From assembly GCA_030141605.1 (NCBI GenBank), contig JAQGDQ010000335.1:62001-126000 (forward strand): a stretch of DNA of 64,000 nt, given 5' to 3'. Source of the DNA: Tubiluchus corallicola (taxonomy: Eukaryota; Animalia; Priapulida). Below, in pieces: positions 29,894 to 41,576 of the stretch. The notes beneath the pieces were generated by a model. It saw only the letters and a list, made by a program, of their open reading frames with translations, ran no database searches and was not told where the DNA came from. Each line of letters begins with the position of its first letter. The stretch's first letter is position 1. Position numbers and translations under genes: made by a program.

Positions 29894-32800
29894 GTCACTG
29901 TCTTCACTCAAGTGAAGAAGTATAATTCCACAAAACATTTTGCTTATGTGATATAGCAACAATGGCTTTCATTACCTGTACGGCACCTTGTTTATCTTTA
30001 ATGCCAGGCTTAGCCTTGATGATGAGACTCTCAAACTGTCGTGTAGCATCCTCCAACATTGGCAGTTGTGACGGAATGATCTGATCGGCTATTGTGTTAT
30101 AAAAGTGTGCCACCTGCAGCCAAACATTAAAATCAGTTTTGTGTGTGTGTTAGTCACCGTTGCTAAAATGGGCGAAGTTTCATAGCTAAAATATAACAAA
30201 CTTCACTTAACATTTCTGTTGATTTAAAAAACTTATAACTAAACATTATCATTTATGGGAATGACATAATCAAAATGACTCTCGAGAAATTTACCAAGTC
30301 ATGCAATATGCATTGCCCCAAAAAGATTAATGACATACTGTACCCGTTTTAGAAAGCAGACTTTCTTTAGAAAACTTAAAGAAACAAGATCTATGGCAAA
30401 TTCGTGCCCCATGCCAGGGATATTGGCAATTTTAAGCCCGGTAAGTGACCCACCCAGTAACTACACTCCCTAACGCTATAAACAAATAAAACACTAGGTT
30501 CAGACGATTGTGATTTACTTGAAAGGGATAGTGACTTGACAAATACGAAATCTATCACTTACCTGGTGAAGTATAATTGCATGCCTGTGAAATTTCTGTG
30601 CTGTATCTGACATGGTTCTAATTTTTGAGGGGATGCTGTATCCCACTCCAGCCAGCTGCCGCACTTCACGTTGTAGGGTAACCAGTCTGTCGCTGTAGTT
30701 CACTTTCAGTTCCCCATTGCTATCAAACTCCATCAGGCAACCAGATATTTCAAGGCTATGCAAAACAAATTAGACAGAATAATAAGAAATGTATTTTTGT
30801 ACAAGAAAAAATGCAAAAATCTTATACAGCATTCAATGTTACTCTAATTATGCATAAATAAATATAATATAGCTTCATTCAATCAATATTAAATGTAAAA
30901 TTCTATAATATTAGATAACACACCCGCCATCACCAAATCACACAAACAAACCATTCATCGGACATTAACATCAAACATAACAGAACAAAAATGTATTTAC
31001 CCTAATTCTCGACTGTCTATCATTGATATAACATCCTGCATCCAGTTTTCAAACAAATTGGCCCTGTAAGCACTAAAGTCATGAATTAGTTCTTCTGCTA
31101 GACTGTGCAAATTGCCAAAACCAGGTAGGTCCCCCAGAAGAGCTTTTGCAGTATTATCAATGTCCTTGACCTGTGAAAGAAAACAAAATGATATCCACTT
31201 TAGCAGATAATGAAATTCATTAATTAGGAATCACGGCATAAATAGGTAACATAACCAGTCAAAGAATTTCAGAGAAATTTTGATAGCAGGACACACCCTT
31301 CAAAACGTTTTTAGAGTACATGTACAAAGTTATACATATTTTCAATATGTAAATATCATAAAAGTCAAACATAATGACATGGCCTACAGAAAAAAATGAA
31401 AAGTCAGAATGTTTTTATACATATATTTTTTAATGTAGTGAATATATCTGAAATGCAATGAAAAAAATTCCAAAATTTTCTGCATAAAAAAATTGTATTG
31501 CTTAACAGTGGCTGCTCAAAATTCTCAGCAATAGTTTGAAATGAACACTATTCAATTATTTCAGCACTGCCATTAGGATAAGTTTCTAGTAAACTGAAAA
31601 AGACAATGTGATCTTCCAGAAAACCTGCATGTATTACAGAACAATTTGTTCGAAAAATATAATCTTTGCAATTACATAAACATATTTCATTTACTGCATT
31701 TGTGAGTGTAACTTCAATTCTCAAAGCTCAAAATGTTTTTTCCTAAAAAAGAAGGTCTTATAGACAGAAGGAGAAAATGCAATAAGTATTTTTTTACATT
31801 TGCAAGCCATCTACCTTAGCTTCTAGCTGTCGAGCCCACATGACATTTCTGACAACCTCTGGCACGTTTGCAGCATGATCTGCACCACGTCCTGAAGGTC
31901 CGGATCTCTGTTCAAAATCAGCTTTCATTGTTCGTAAAAACTCGTGGAGTTGTCCCAGCAAAGTTGACCTACTCACAGAAAATGCATATGATATCAATAA
32001 CGAGTTTAAAAAATTAACTCACATTAATGTAAAAGTATTTCACAATACACAAACACAAGAAATACTGTTACTTTAATGCCATTTTCTCATTATCCATGCA
32101 GTTGAATTTAACGTACCTTAAGAAGTGTGAATTTAATACACAAATGTAAAGAATTCGCTATGGCTAGAAATTTACCTTTGTCAAAAATAACAAAAAATGT
32201 TTTTCAATGAGAAATCTGCACAATTTTTGTTTTAATGGTCAGAGAAGCTGCCAGAAATTTACTACTGCTGTGGTTACTGTTATTAAACTTGTTATCGTAG
32301 TAGAAGCATAACACAACAAAGATTTCTGGGCGAAGATAAATTAAAAGGAAAATTGAATAAGATGCAATTAACCACTAATAAAAATATTTATAAAAAAGAA
32401 CCTTGTGCCAATCTTTATGTTACAGATATTAATTATGTTAATTATCTTAGTTAGAACAACTTGTAAATGTTTCATATTTTTATTATTATACCTGATAATA
32501 ATTGCTATTTTTAAATGTTTGTGAACCTAATGCTATCAAAAATTGTTTGTATGTATGCTTGCAAAAAATAAAAAAAACTAAAGTCACATGTTTCCATTAA
32601 GAAATTACAATATTAGCTGAATATAATAATTATAAAGTTATTTACTAAAAATATTACCTTTCTGAAGACAATTCTTTCTGGATGCTGGGTCGAGCAACCA
32701 ATTTCTCATACCTCTGAAATTCTCTCAGTAACTGAAAATATGTACAAAATGTAATACAGCCAAGCCCTGATGGACATTGCTGATTAAACTAATAAAATCC

Positions 32801-35800
32801 TCTCAGCTCACATTATTTTCCTAAAAGTTTTGAAAAGAAAAGCTATCATACCTGCAACTGGCTAGCATCAACACTGCGCAAATGTGAACGCAATTTGGAT
32901 GCAAACTTTTCTTCGGCCTTTTGTAAACTCTTGTAATAACTTGACAGTGCTGCCTGCCACAATGGTTCAGTATATCGGTTATACTGCAAGGGATTTAATC
33001 CTGAAATTCCAACAAATATAATTTTTACAGAAGTATCATATAGTGTTGAAAAAGTGGGCGTATGCTAAAATGTTCATATTTACAGTAAGTCACTCACTTA
33101 ACAATTGTCATGCAGTCCAGCAAATCTGTTAAATAAAATGTTAAATTAGCTCAGACTTCATAAGTGTGAAGTCATACTTCCTAACTTAGACTTGAAAAAG
33201 TATTACTTGGTTCTTACTAAATATGTACAAATGCATGGCAATACATTCCAACAACATCTCAATAAAATTTGACAAGGCTATAACCATAGATTTTCACTGG
33301 TTATGTAATGCTGTCTCATGGGAGCATTATGATGTAGCTAGAGCTTGTGGGGCCCTATATCAGTGGCACTTGAGTTTGGAGACCCCTCAATGAACAATAC
33401 AATATAGCTACAAACTTGCAATTCTGGATTTTAGATTTGTAAACTACATAAGCATTACAAAGATATTTAAATTAGTAATTATCATCTTTGCAACTTTTGG
33501 CAAGAAGTGCTGTGATTGCCGTTCTCGTGGAAAATTAAATTGTCAGATGTTTTGCCATTCTACTGCCCTGACAGAATCAACTTTTTCAGTGCACTTGATC
33601 AAAGTGCCGATTCGTAGGACCCCCCCCCCCACACACACACACACACACACACACAACTAATGGTAAGTTAAATATTTTCTATTTATCAAACTGTTTTTTT
33701 CATAAAATTTTAATTGGTGTGATTTAATAAATGACCATAAAAGATCTAACACTGGGACACTAATCTTTCTTTCTTAGCAGAAACATAGTAATAAACATAT
33801 TACCAGAAAATGGCTGCAGTGCCTCGGACAGACGCACCTCCTGTTGCTCGTTTGGGCTCAATAATTGTTTCAGCTCATGGTGACCACTACAAACTTGTGT
33901 CATCTGAATAATAGTGAGGGTTTATATGTTTGCTTAATATTATTCATTGTTCCGTTCTATTAACAATACACTTTTGAAAAATGTAAAATAAAGGTATTGT
34001 GTTTTTAATTATTTTTAATAGCACATTCTCACTAATTAAATTTGTGAAATATAGTGAAATACAAATTTACAACAAATTCACATAAAAGATACACAACAAT
34101 AGAAATCACACAGCAATAAACAATATGGGAAACCTCATGAAGTTAAATATATTTTTACTTACAGATACCAAAATACAGCTTATAAAATCAAATATACCTC
34201 ATCTAAACGCAACTTCAGTTGAGAAATATTTTCTGGAACAAGGACTCCTCTATTCCATGATCGCAGTGAATAGCCCTTCCAGTATTGTTCTGTAAGAGTG
34301 TGGCAGGTTTTCTCCCATTGCAAACAGATCCCTAAGGAAGCTCGCAATGATGGCTTGACTTCATGATAAACTCCGTTAAATACACCCTTTTTAATTCCTC
34401 CAAGTTTACGCTGAATATAACGAATCAAGCACCCTCCTAAAAAACAAATGGCTATCATTAACTTTGAGCCAAAATGATAAGTATGTCAGCTTAATAAAGT
34501 TGTAAACTATTGGAATATTCTACTGTTAGACTTGTTCAAATATACAAAAATTTACATAGTTTGTTTAAGGTAACTCTAAAAAGGAGACTGAAGCATAAAA
34601 ACCAGTATGACCCACACAGATTTTTGCAGCAGGTAGATTTCAGGAGTTGTATTTAAACAAATAAATATTTTGCTTATGATGAAACTGTGCAAATTAAGAA
34701 AATACTGAACGTTAACAACAGTTATGAAATTTTATTAGTGACATTGTGATGCATCGATGAAGTTCATTTGGTATTATAATGTTTCTTAATGACTATGCAT
34801 ACTGGGAAGGTACATAATAGTTTTTTTGTTTGTTTTGTATACATATTTACAATCTATTAATGCTATTATAGTTTTATAGTCAAAACTAGTTATAGTCAAA
34901 CTATTATCAGATTATAAAAACACTGCAAAGTATTCATTATGTTGGTCACCTATAATATTAATGAGATGAACTATGCGCTGTTCTGGGTAATATGGTTTCT
35001 CTTCTTGCCATTTCCATAGTTCATCCAGTGCATCCTGAGTGTTTTCAAGAATCTCACTAACTTCATTGAAATCCACCTAATAAGCATCCACAGTTCCAAA
35101 TGTGAAAATGAAGTTTTTGGTACAAAAAAATTGGAGAGCTTATCTGACTTGAGTTAATATTCTTTTCTATCTTTCAACGAAGCCAGTTTCTTCATTTTTA
35201 ATAAACACATTATCAATGTGCAAATCTTGCTTATGATAATCCTTTACTAAAAGAATGACAGATAGGTACCTATAATTATTTATTGTCATTTCAGGAGTGT
35301 CAAGAAACAATGCTTGCAATTTTCTAATAAAAAATACGTGTTAAAAAGCATTAAAATTTACTAGATCAAGAATGAATACATACATATTTTATATTTAGTG
35401 GAAAAGAAGAAAAATTTAGTTGTAAACTTAATATTTTTTGCCAAAATATAGTGTTTCAAATTGTATTTCCATAACAATGAAAAGGCAGTTTCCCAAAGTT
35501 TTCTGTCTAAATGAATAATCTCAGTCTTTGATATTGTCGTGATCTACGTAACTTAAAAAATTGTTCTATGTGCTTTCCTCAATTTCGGTCACTTTGCGAA
35601 GCCTAGGTCAAAATTGGCCAATAACTGAATCAATCTCGTTTTCCGGAAATTTATCCCATTGTTGAAGCAAAACTTTTCCCAGTTTAGGAACATCATTAAT
35701 TTTTCATGCACAGTACACTCGCTGAGATAAGTTTCGCCATGCTAAAATCTAGAAAATTTAAATCAGAGGTGTTTTCAAAGTTGTGTTCATATAAAAAAAC

Positions 35801-38800
35801 GTGCTTCAATTAAAGCAGTAAATTTTACAAAAATTTAATTTTATTTGTTTATGGAAATACAGTTTTAAGCATCACATTTATAAAATATTCAGTTAAAGTA
35901 AAACATAAAACTTACAACTAAATTTTTTCTAGTGTATAAAATATGTACTTTCATTGTCATTCTGCTAAGATTGTATGCTTTTTAACTTGTAATTTTTGTT
36001 TTATTAAATAATTTGTATGTAAAGTCTTTTTTGATGACCCTGTATTTTATTTGAAATTTTCAAGTAGCAATTACGCAAAAAAAAACAGAAAACATAATTT
36101 TTGAGAAAAAATTCTGCTATCTGAGCACTAAATGAAGACAAATAAGTTTAAAATTATGCTGAAAAGTACCGATAATGTATCCAGCCGAGCAAAATCCTTT
36201 ATAATCGTCTGTAGGATATCTGCAAATGCTCGCGCTCTTTCACGATTTGCTGAGCTTGAGCTACCGTTAGCAACTTCGGCCCAATATTCGAACTCATCTT
36301 GAGGGACAAGAATACCTAGAATGGAAGCACAATTAGTAATAACAATGAATTGTTAAAACAATTTGTGATCAGCGGAAGATATTTTATTGAGTTCCTAGTG
36401 AGAAGTCTAAAAGATTTGTTGGGGTAACTTACAGAAACTTATGACAAATGTTAATACCAATGATATTGTCATGACATTGTGAACTACTTTTTCATTTCAT
36501 TTTATAGTACATTTTGCACCATAGAATATAAAATATTAAATAAATACAAAATGATTAATAGTTATTGGTTTTTATTGCAAATTCTGCTCTAATCCATTCA
36601 TATGAAGATAGTACAGTATAACACCATTATAGTGAAAACACAGTCATTGCATACAAACCGGTAATGCAAACTCAGGAAAAAGAACAAACTTCCATTATTA
36701 ACTTAACTAGCATAATAGCTTTGAATACAACATACACGGTTATTGAGTATCACAGACTTTTTGTAGGGTCCAACTGCTTGCATTACTAAATATTTATAAG
36801 TTTTTATTTCGTACATTTTGCCAGTTATTTTAAGTTAATTTACAGTTAAATTTAATCTGTTGTTCTCTGTACTGAAAAATGTGTTGGGCAAAAGCATGTG
36901 GAGTTGTTAACATGCTGTGTCCAAAGATCGTTTTGTCTACTACTGTGTAACAACAATAAGTCACTCAGTGACTTGGTAGTAGCTGTTTTATGTGTGTACA
37001 CTTGGCAGTATACTTCTGAGATGTTCATGAAGTGAGTAATGATACTGTAGTTATTTTGCTGCACACACTTTTTATACAAGGAAGAAATTTTGTGCAAACA
37101 AAATCGAGTGACTTTTTTAACCTAACTGAATTTATTGGATATATCGCACCAATTTACAACTGAAAGTGTATCACGGATTACCTGTAACACAAAATTAAGA
37201 AATATTTATTAATTTTTAGTTTATTGAAGTCAAATAAAAAACATGTTCCATAGAATGTGAATGTACCGCAAAAGTGCAAAGTAGTTTATACTTGAGAGCA
37301 TCTTCTAAAACTGTACATCCTCTATTAAGCCACTCATTGTACACTATTTATAAATTTACTATGAAAACATGCTTGTCCATCTAGTAGTCGTACACACGTA
37401 TATGATTAACCGCATATGCTTATACAGCACTTCAGTTTAGAATACTGTTTTCTAGGTATCTAGCAAGTTAGCTATAAGGATCTTATACTATAGTTTGTTT
37501 AATTCTAAATGTTAACTGTCCACCATGATCATCCATATGGCATTTTTCAAAGTTATAATTATTAAATTTTCATTTTTTATGGGAAACAGAGTAAGAGGTG
37601 CCACTCAATAAAACAAATTAGCAGCAGAGCAATTAAAAATTAATGTATAAATTAGTGACCAGGAAGCTCTAAGACTTAAATTATACAACCAGTGATACCA
37701 CACATTTAAAAAACAAACAAAAATCTCAACGTATATTTTAGCTATTTTACCAGCAACTTCTTTTTCACTGCCATGGCTGCCCTGTTTGTCCTTGCCTACG
37801 GGTGCATGCTTACGAATAATTGTACCCAATCCGGCCTCTAACTCAGACAGTAAGCTTTGAAGGTTACTAGTACTGCTGTCTGATGTAAGTAAAGGCCCAT
37901 AAACCTGCAAAAGTAGGTAAATGATGCCCATCTATTTAGTTAGAATACCAACTTTCCACTTTCCTGTGCAGTTAACTGGCTTCCTTAAGAACATCTACCA
38001 GTAGAAGAAATCCAGGTTCATGAGGTCCAAGTCACTTAACCAACTTTATTATCAGAAGATTACATGCGAATAACTCAAAAGTATTTTAAAAGTGACATGT
38101 AGAAAAACATTGTCATTAAAATCCTCCTCACAACAGTTACTGATAAAACTGTTTGCAATGGTTGAAAAATCCCACAGCCTATTTACACTCAGACTATTTC
38201 TGCACCTTCGAATGTGAAAAGAATGGCTAATTAATCAATAAACAAAAATGTTTTGTATCAAATCCCGGCTGAAAGAAGCATTTGTTTAAATCAAGTATAA
38301 AATAAGTCAGATGAGAACTTAAAAGCCCATAAAAAATGTGACTCTCATATATTCACATTAAAAATCAACGTGCAATGTAAATGGACATATCTATAATGTA
38401 ATGCCTTCATAATACAAACAATTGCACATTAATTCCTTATTAGCTTGTAATATGTAAATCGCAGCAAAATACAGAAAGTTTTTTGCCTGTTAAACAAACT
38501 AACACATACCTTTTGTATTGTATGGTAAAGAGTCTGCGTGGGCGAATCAAGAACTGATGAAATAAAAACTAATTCGTGAAGATTGTCTGGTGTCACTGCC
38601 TCAGGGCGCAATTTTAAAAACAGGAGTGCTCGTTCTTTCTTATCAGTTAGTTGAAGCTGTGGAATGAAAAAGGAAACTCATAATCCAAATGTGCATAATA
38701 ATTGAATGTGTAAAAATACCTGACTCTGACCACAATATGAGATATTAGCCATATTAAGAACTATAAAACATTATAAACAATAAATACACTACAGCAGTGT

Positions 38801-39067
38801 TAGTGAATACACTAATAAAATATTGTGCTAAAATCTAGCTTAACTTTTCATTCATTTGAACTGACAAATTAGCAGAATTCTTAGCCTCACCTCATTTGAC
38901 AAAATAACATCATTCTGATTTTGGCAAGCAATAAGTAATGGAAAATTCCCATCATCCAGGAAACTGTTGAGTTCTTTGGAACCTTGTAAGCTTTGCAGGT
39001 TAACACCATTGTTGCCAAAATAATTAACAACAGAATTCAATACAAATGTTTTTCGTTCATCAGACAT
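124..39067 (-). CDS. DYNC2H1: Cytoplasmic dynein 2 heavy chain 1 (IFT dynein), 5' 54 coding exons; gene continues beyond the left edge
   Basis: GT-AG exons join in frame: 38891-39067, 38510-38656, 37751-37904, 36170-36315, 34950-35076, 34198-34436, 33804-33903, 32852-33000, 32658-32731, 31815-31968, 31001-31170, 30563-30755, 29976-30113, 29436-29555, 29001-29099, 28668-28807, 27886-28035, 27525-27606, 27187-27314, 25602-25845, 25355-25504, 24636-24838, 23733-23888, 22490-22610, 20778-20948, 20506-20664, 20062-20249, 19160-19313, 18337-18567, 17605-17771, 16876-17088, 16276-16415, 15765-15883, 15173-15355, 14489-14712, 13869-13969, 13469-13683, 13075-13251, 12566-12653, 12081-12288, 10540-10669, 9481-9636, 9057-9155, 8620-8780, 7885-8131, 7483-7634, 7221-7365, 6365-6635, 5774-5923, 3859-4091, 2554-2776, 1764-1906, 1182-1427, 124-261. 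P-loops [24 protein letters not shown] and GRSGVGRRT; the last two and the N-terminus ([18 protein letters not shown]) are dynein-2-like. An in-frame ATG at 39076 is an alternative start. Confidence 0.96.
3398..3690 (+). mobile_element. Possible degenerate tRNA-derived SINE
   Basis: GGGG start then A-box-like TGGTTTAGTGG (3409-3419) and GGGCACTTT; no clear B box or TSD. Confidence 0.22.
4369..5234. mobile_element. Non-autonomous Tc1/mariner-superfamily (pogo/Tigger-like) MITE, copy 1
   Basis: TA|CAGTAGGCACCGCTTAATAGACTCA ... TGAGTCTAATAAACGGTGCCTACTA|TA; TA flanks; internal blocks shared with 10879-11850. Confidence 0.88.
6365..8780 (-). CDS. DYNC2H1: DYNC2H1 AAA3 module exons
   Basis: [13 protein letters not shown]; [16 protein letters not shown]; QIVASMN...GRHELTTRF; [12 protein letters not shown]. 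Confidence 0.93.
10879..11850. mobile_element. Same pogo/Tigger-like MITE family, copy 2
   Basis: TA|CAGTAGGTGCCGCTTAATAGACTCA ... TGAGTCTATTAAGTGGTGCCTACTG|TA; shares GATAAACGTACCTGCTTACAAACAAA, TTTAGCTTCCAGAA and CGGCCCGT.CCAG.CGTTTTTGAGTCA with copy 1, same orientation. Confidence 0.9.
12081..13251 (-). CDS. DYNC2H1: DYNC2H1 AAA2 module exons
   Basis: [14 protein letters not shown]; [10 protein letters not shown]; [34 protein letters not shown]; [13 protein letters not shown]. Confidence 0.95.
13869..16415 (-). CDS. DYNC2H1: DYNC2H1 AAA1 ATPase module exons
   Basis: [25 protein letters not shown], Walker [10 protein letters not shown] (exon 15765-15883), Walker [11 protein letters not shown] (15173-15355), [12 protein letters not shown] sensor region, [11 protein letters not shown]. 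Confidence 0.95.
18071..18240. repeat. (AAT)n microsatellite
   Basis: About 170 bp of AAT repeats with a few interruptions; explains the poly-Ile ORF. Confidence 0.97.
21475..21905. repeat. Degenerate ~21-bp minisatellite
   Basis: Recurrent unit resembling ACCACCAACACCAGCATTAAA. Confidence 0.8.
22333..22376. repeat. Perfect 22-bp tandem duplication
   Basis: AAATGCTTTCATCTTGTAGCTT x2. Confidence 0.9.
29815..29893. repeat. (CA)n microsatellite with degenerate CA/CG/TG flank
   Basis: GCACACACATGCAAGCGCGCATAC...(CA)n. Confidence 0.9.
33620..33654. repeat. poly-C plus (CA)n microsatellite
   Basis: C run followed directly by a CA repeat. Confidence 0.9.
35292..36042 (-). mobile_element. Decayed, internally deleted Tc1/mariner-type DNA transposon with ~200-bp terminal inverted repeats and a transposase C-terminal relic
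   Basis: Right end TTGATGACCCTG|TA; arms ~35292-35490 and ~35840-36042 are degenerate reverse complements (TACATATTTTATA, AAAAATTTAGTTGTAA, TGTATTTCCATAA). Minus strand 35742 to ~35560 reads [59 protein letters not shown]. Confidence 0.78.
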
Positions 39068-39804
39068 GTTGAACATTCATGACCAGGCCTATTCAAAAGC
39101 AAATCTTCAACTCTGAAAGAAAGAAAAGTAATTAAAATAAAGAAATTAAGTACCACTTTGATTTACAAGATAATACAAGTTAAATTATTAAATAACTTTA
39201 TGACTTGAGTCAGGATAAAGACCACTATTTTTCTAAATATACAAAATAGTTTTTCTATATGAAGCCTAAACAGAAACAAAAGTCTTTCATGTAACGAAAC
39301 TAGATGATGGAAATGTGCATGACCCTTTAGAATAAAAGACAAAAATGCACTTATTCAAATTCAAACACTAAGTTGTCTACTCGATAAGTCTGTTAATGAA
39401 ATCCTGTGATTATTTAAAAATAGCAAAAACTGTTACGAATGGTGGCTTATAAACTAGGCCCCACTCTTTAAATATACGGGAATAATGCTGAAAAAGAGAA
39501 GCGCTAAATTTTTAAATACAGATTTAAAACAAGGTGGATTTTTGTAAAAAAAATGTCTATGCTTCATAATCACAAATATAATTCTGTGCAAATAAAATAA
39601 AAAATGAAGAAGCTGGTATGTGAAGTAGGTTAATGAATGCAAACATGCAGCTTATATCAACACCATATTACATATTCATATAAAAAGTTGTTAAATGAGT
39701 CGAAGTTGAATTAGGCCAACCCAGGTTGCAGGGTAGATATATAAATTACAATTTCTAGAACAATTTTATACTTTTTTTATCATATCACATATGATAAGTT
39801 ATTA

Positions 39805-39900
39805 TAGAACATAGAACGTTTATTTTCCCCAATATAATTTTACAACAAAAGCTTTAGTTAAATATTGTAATCATGGACCTAGTCTCCTGCCCTTTCATAT
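39805..39900 (-). mobile_element. Possible 3' tail of a non-LTR retroelement
   Basis: Minus strand reads ...TTGGGGAAAATAAACGTTCTATGTTCTAT, i.e. AATAAA followed by a short tandem tail as in CR1/L2-group LINEs; no convincing ORF upstream. Confidence 0.25.
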
Positions 39901-40699
39901 AGCTAGATAGGTATAATAAAAATAAGTGGTAGTGCAGCAGATAACAAAATCAAATAAGAAAAAAAAAATAGTATAAATTGTCAAAAAAACTAAAGACAAA
40001 TAATAATAGAATAAAGTTAAATACATAAATCTATGCAAAAGAACATAATTTTGGGGACAACAAGAGGTTTGTAAACAACATAATAAACCAAAATCGTTAA
40101 GTATGAAGTAAAACATTGAATCAAACGAAAAACAAAACAAATGAGTAACTCATTAATTGCAACAAAATAATAAAGGTAAGTCAAACTGCAGTCAAACTAA
40201 CTCAGTAATAATTACAGGACTCGATAAGAAACAATGAAAGAGACAACAAAATCTACATATAAAAAATAATTATATCCATATCTATATGGCACTGGTTTGG
40301 GTAAAAAGAAAAGTATATAATGAGTAGTACTCGCCAAATATTTTTGTTAACATTTTGCTAACACTGCTTTACAGCTTACTTTGCTTGACTGCTAACACTT
40401 TTTTTTATGAATTACTTATTTAAAGTATATTCGAAATAAAATGATGTTAGTAATAATAGCAAGGGACAACAAGTTTATTATTTAATACAATTTTTTTAAG
40501 ATGGGGGAATTTTATGAATGAAAGTAGATTATTCAGTAATTATGATTATTAATTACGAGCAGTAGTTACAAACGGGAGAATCTGAATAAGATTAGTGGGT
40601 AAATTTAAAAACTGAGAGCATGGGAAAAATAAGCGCGAACAAAGAGAATGTCATGTAGAACAATACAAGAATGAAAAATAAGTATGAAAAAGAGAAACA

Positions 40700-41576
40700 A
40701 TTATTTAGATGAAAAAACTAGCTACCTTGCTTATTTATCTTCCAATTATGCACTATAACCATTTAATATTACAATTATAGGCAAAGCTGTCAGGCCTAAC
40801 TACTTTAAGTAGTATTTTCAAATTAAACTTTATTTAAAAAATTCTTTGCGTTTGTAAAATATCATGTAATTACAAAAACTGAATACTTTCACTGTAATTA
40901 CAAAATACTGAAAACTGCTCGGTATAGCAAATTCGTGAATGAACTTTGATACACAATCCTCCGTAGCTTATGATTGAAACTAATAGTAATAAAAGACTAG
41001 TCAATAATTTCACTTTGAAGATGCAATACCTCTTAAATAAATTATACATTGTATATATTTGTAAAACTTGTTCTGTTGATTGTAATGCTTTACCATTTTC
41101 ATCACAGGTATGCGCCGGTTGCTAATAAACAATTTCTTTCAAACTCCGGTCGTTGGTTTTGCAGTAACCTTAGCTTGAGATGCGTAATTCACCAATATTA
41201 AAAAAACTCGCACTGATGATAAAAATGTAGTTCTATAAAAAAGAAAACACATAAAAGCAAATGTAACATCAGATATTTTTTCTGGTTTTGGTGAACCAGT
41301 AGTTTAGAAAAAAGTAGCAGTTTCTACTTTCTAGAGGAAAAAATAAATAAGAAATTTAATTTGAATAAAGTTTCCACTAGGTAATAAACCCTAGGAAATT
41401 CAACTTCACTACTTTCTCACTGAGTCACCTGTTCAGTTCAACAGGACTTGGTGTTAATTGTTAAAATGTGAAAATTTAAGAATAATGAAATTGGTGATTT
41501 AAAACTACACATATTTAGCACATCAATAATTAATCCTATGAAAACTGTTGTGATATTATTTACCATATCGTAAAAT
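40700..41576. promoter_or_regulatory. Probable divergent promoter region shared by DYNC2H1 and SLC12A9
   Basis: Head-to-head genes. The DYNC2H1 ATG exon is preceded by a splice acceptor (tttctttcag, 39113-39122, minus strand), so its first exon lies further toward SLC12A9. Small CpG-containing patch at ~41110-41210. Start sites are not determinable. Confidence 0.45.

Noticed and set aside
33330-33630. Possible decayed hAT-like MITE (GTAGCTAG...GGGGCCC)
   Set aside because: No TIR pair or target-site duplication could be established.
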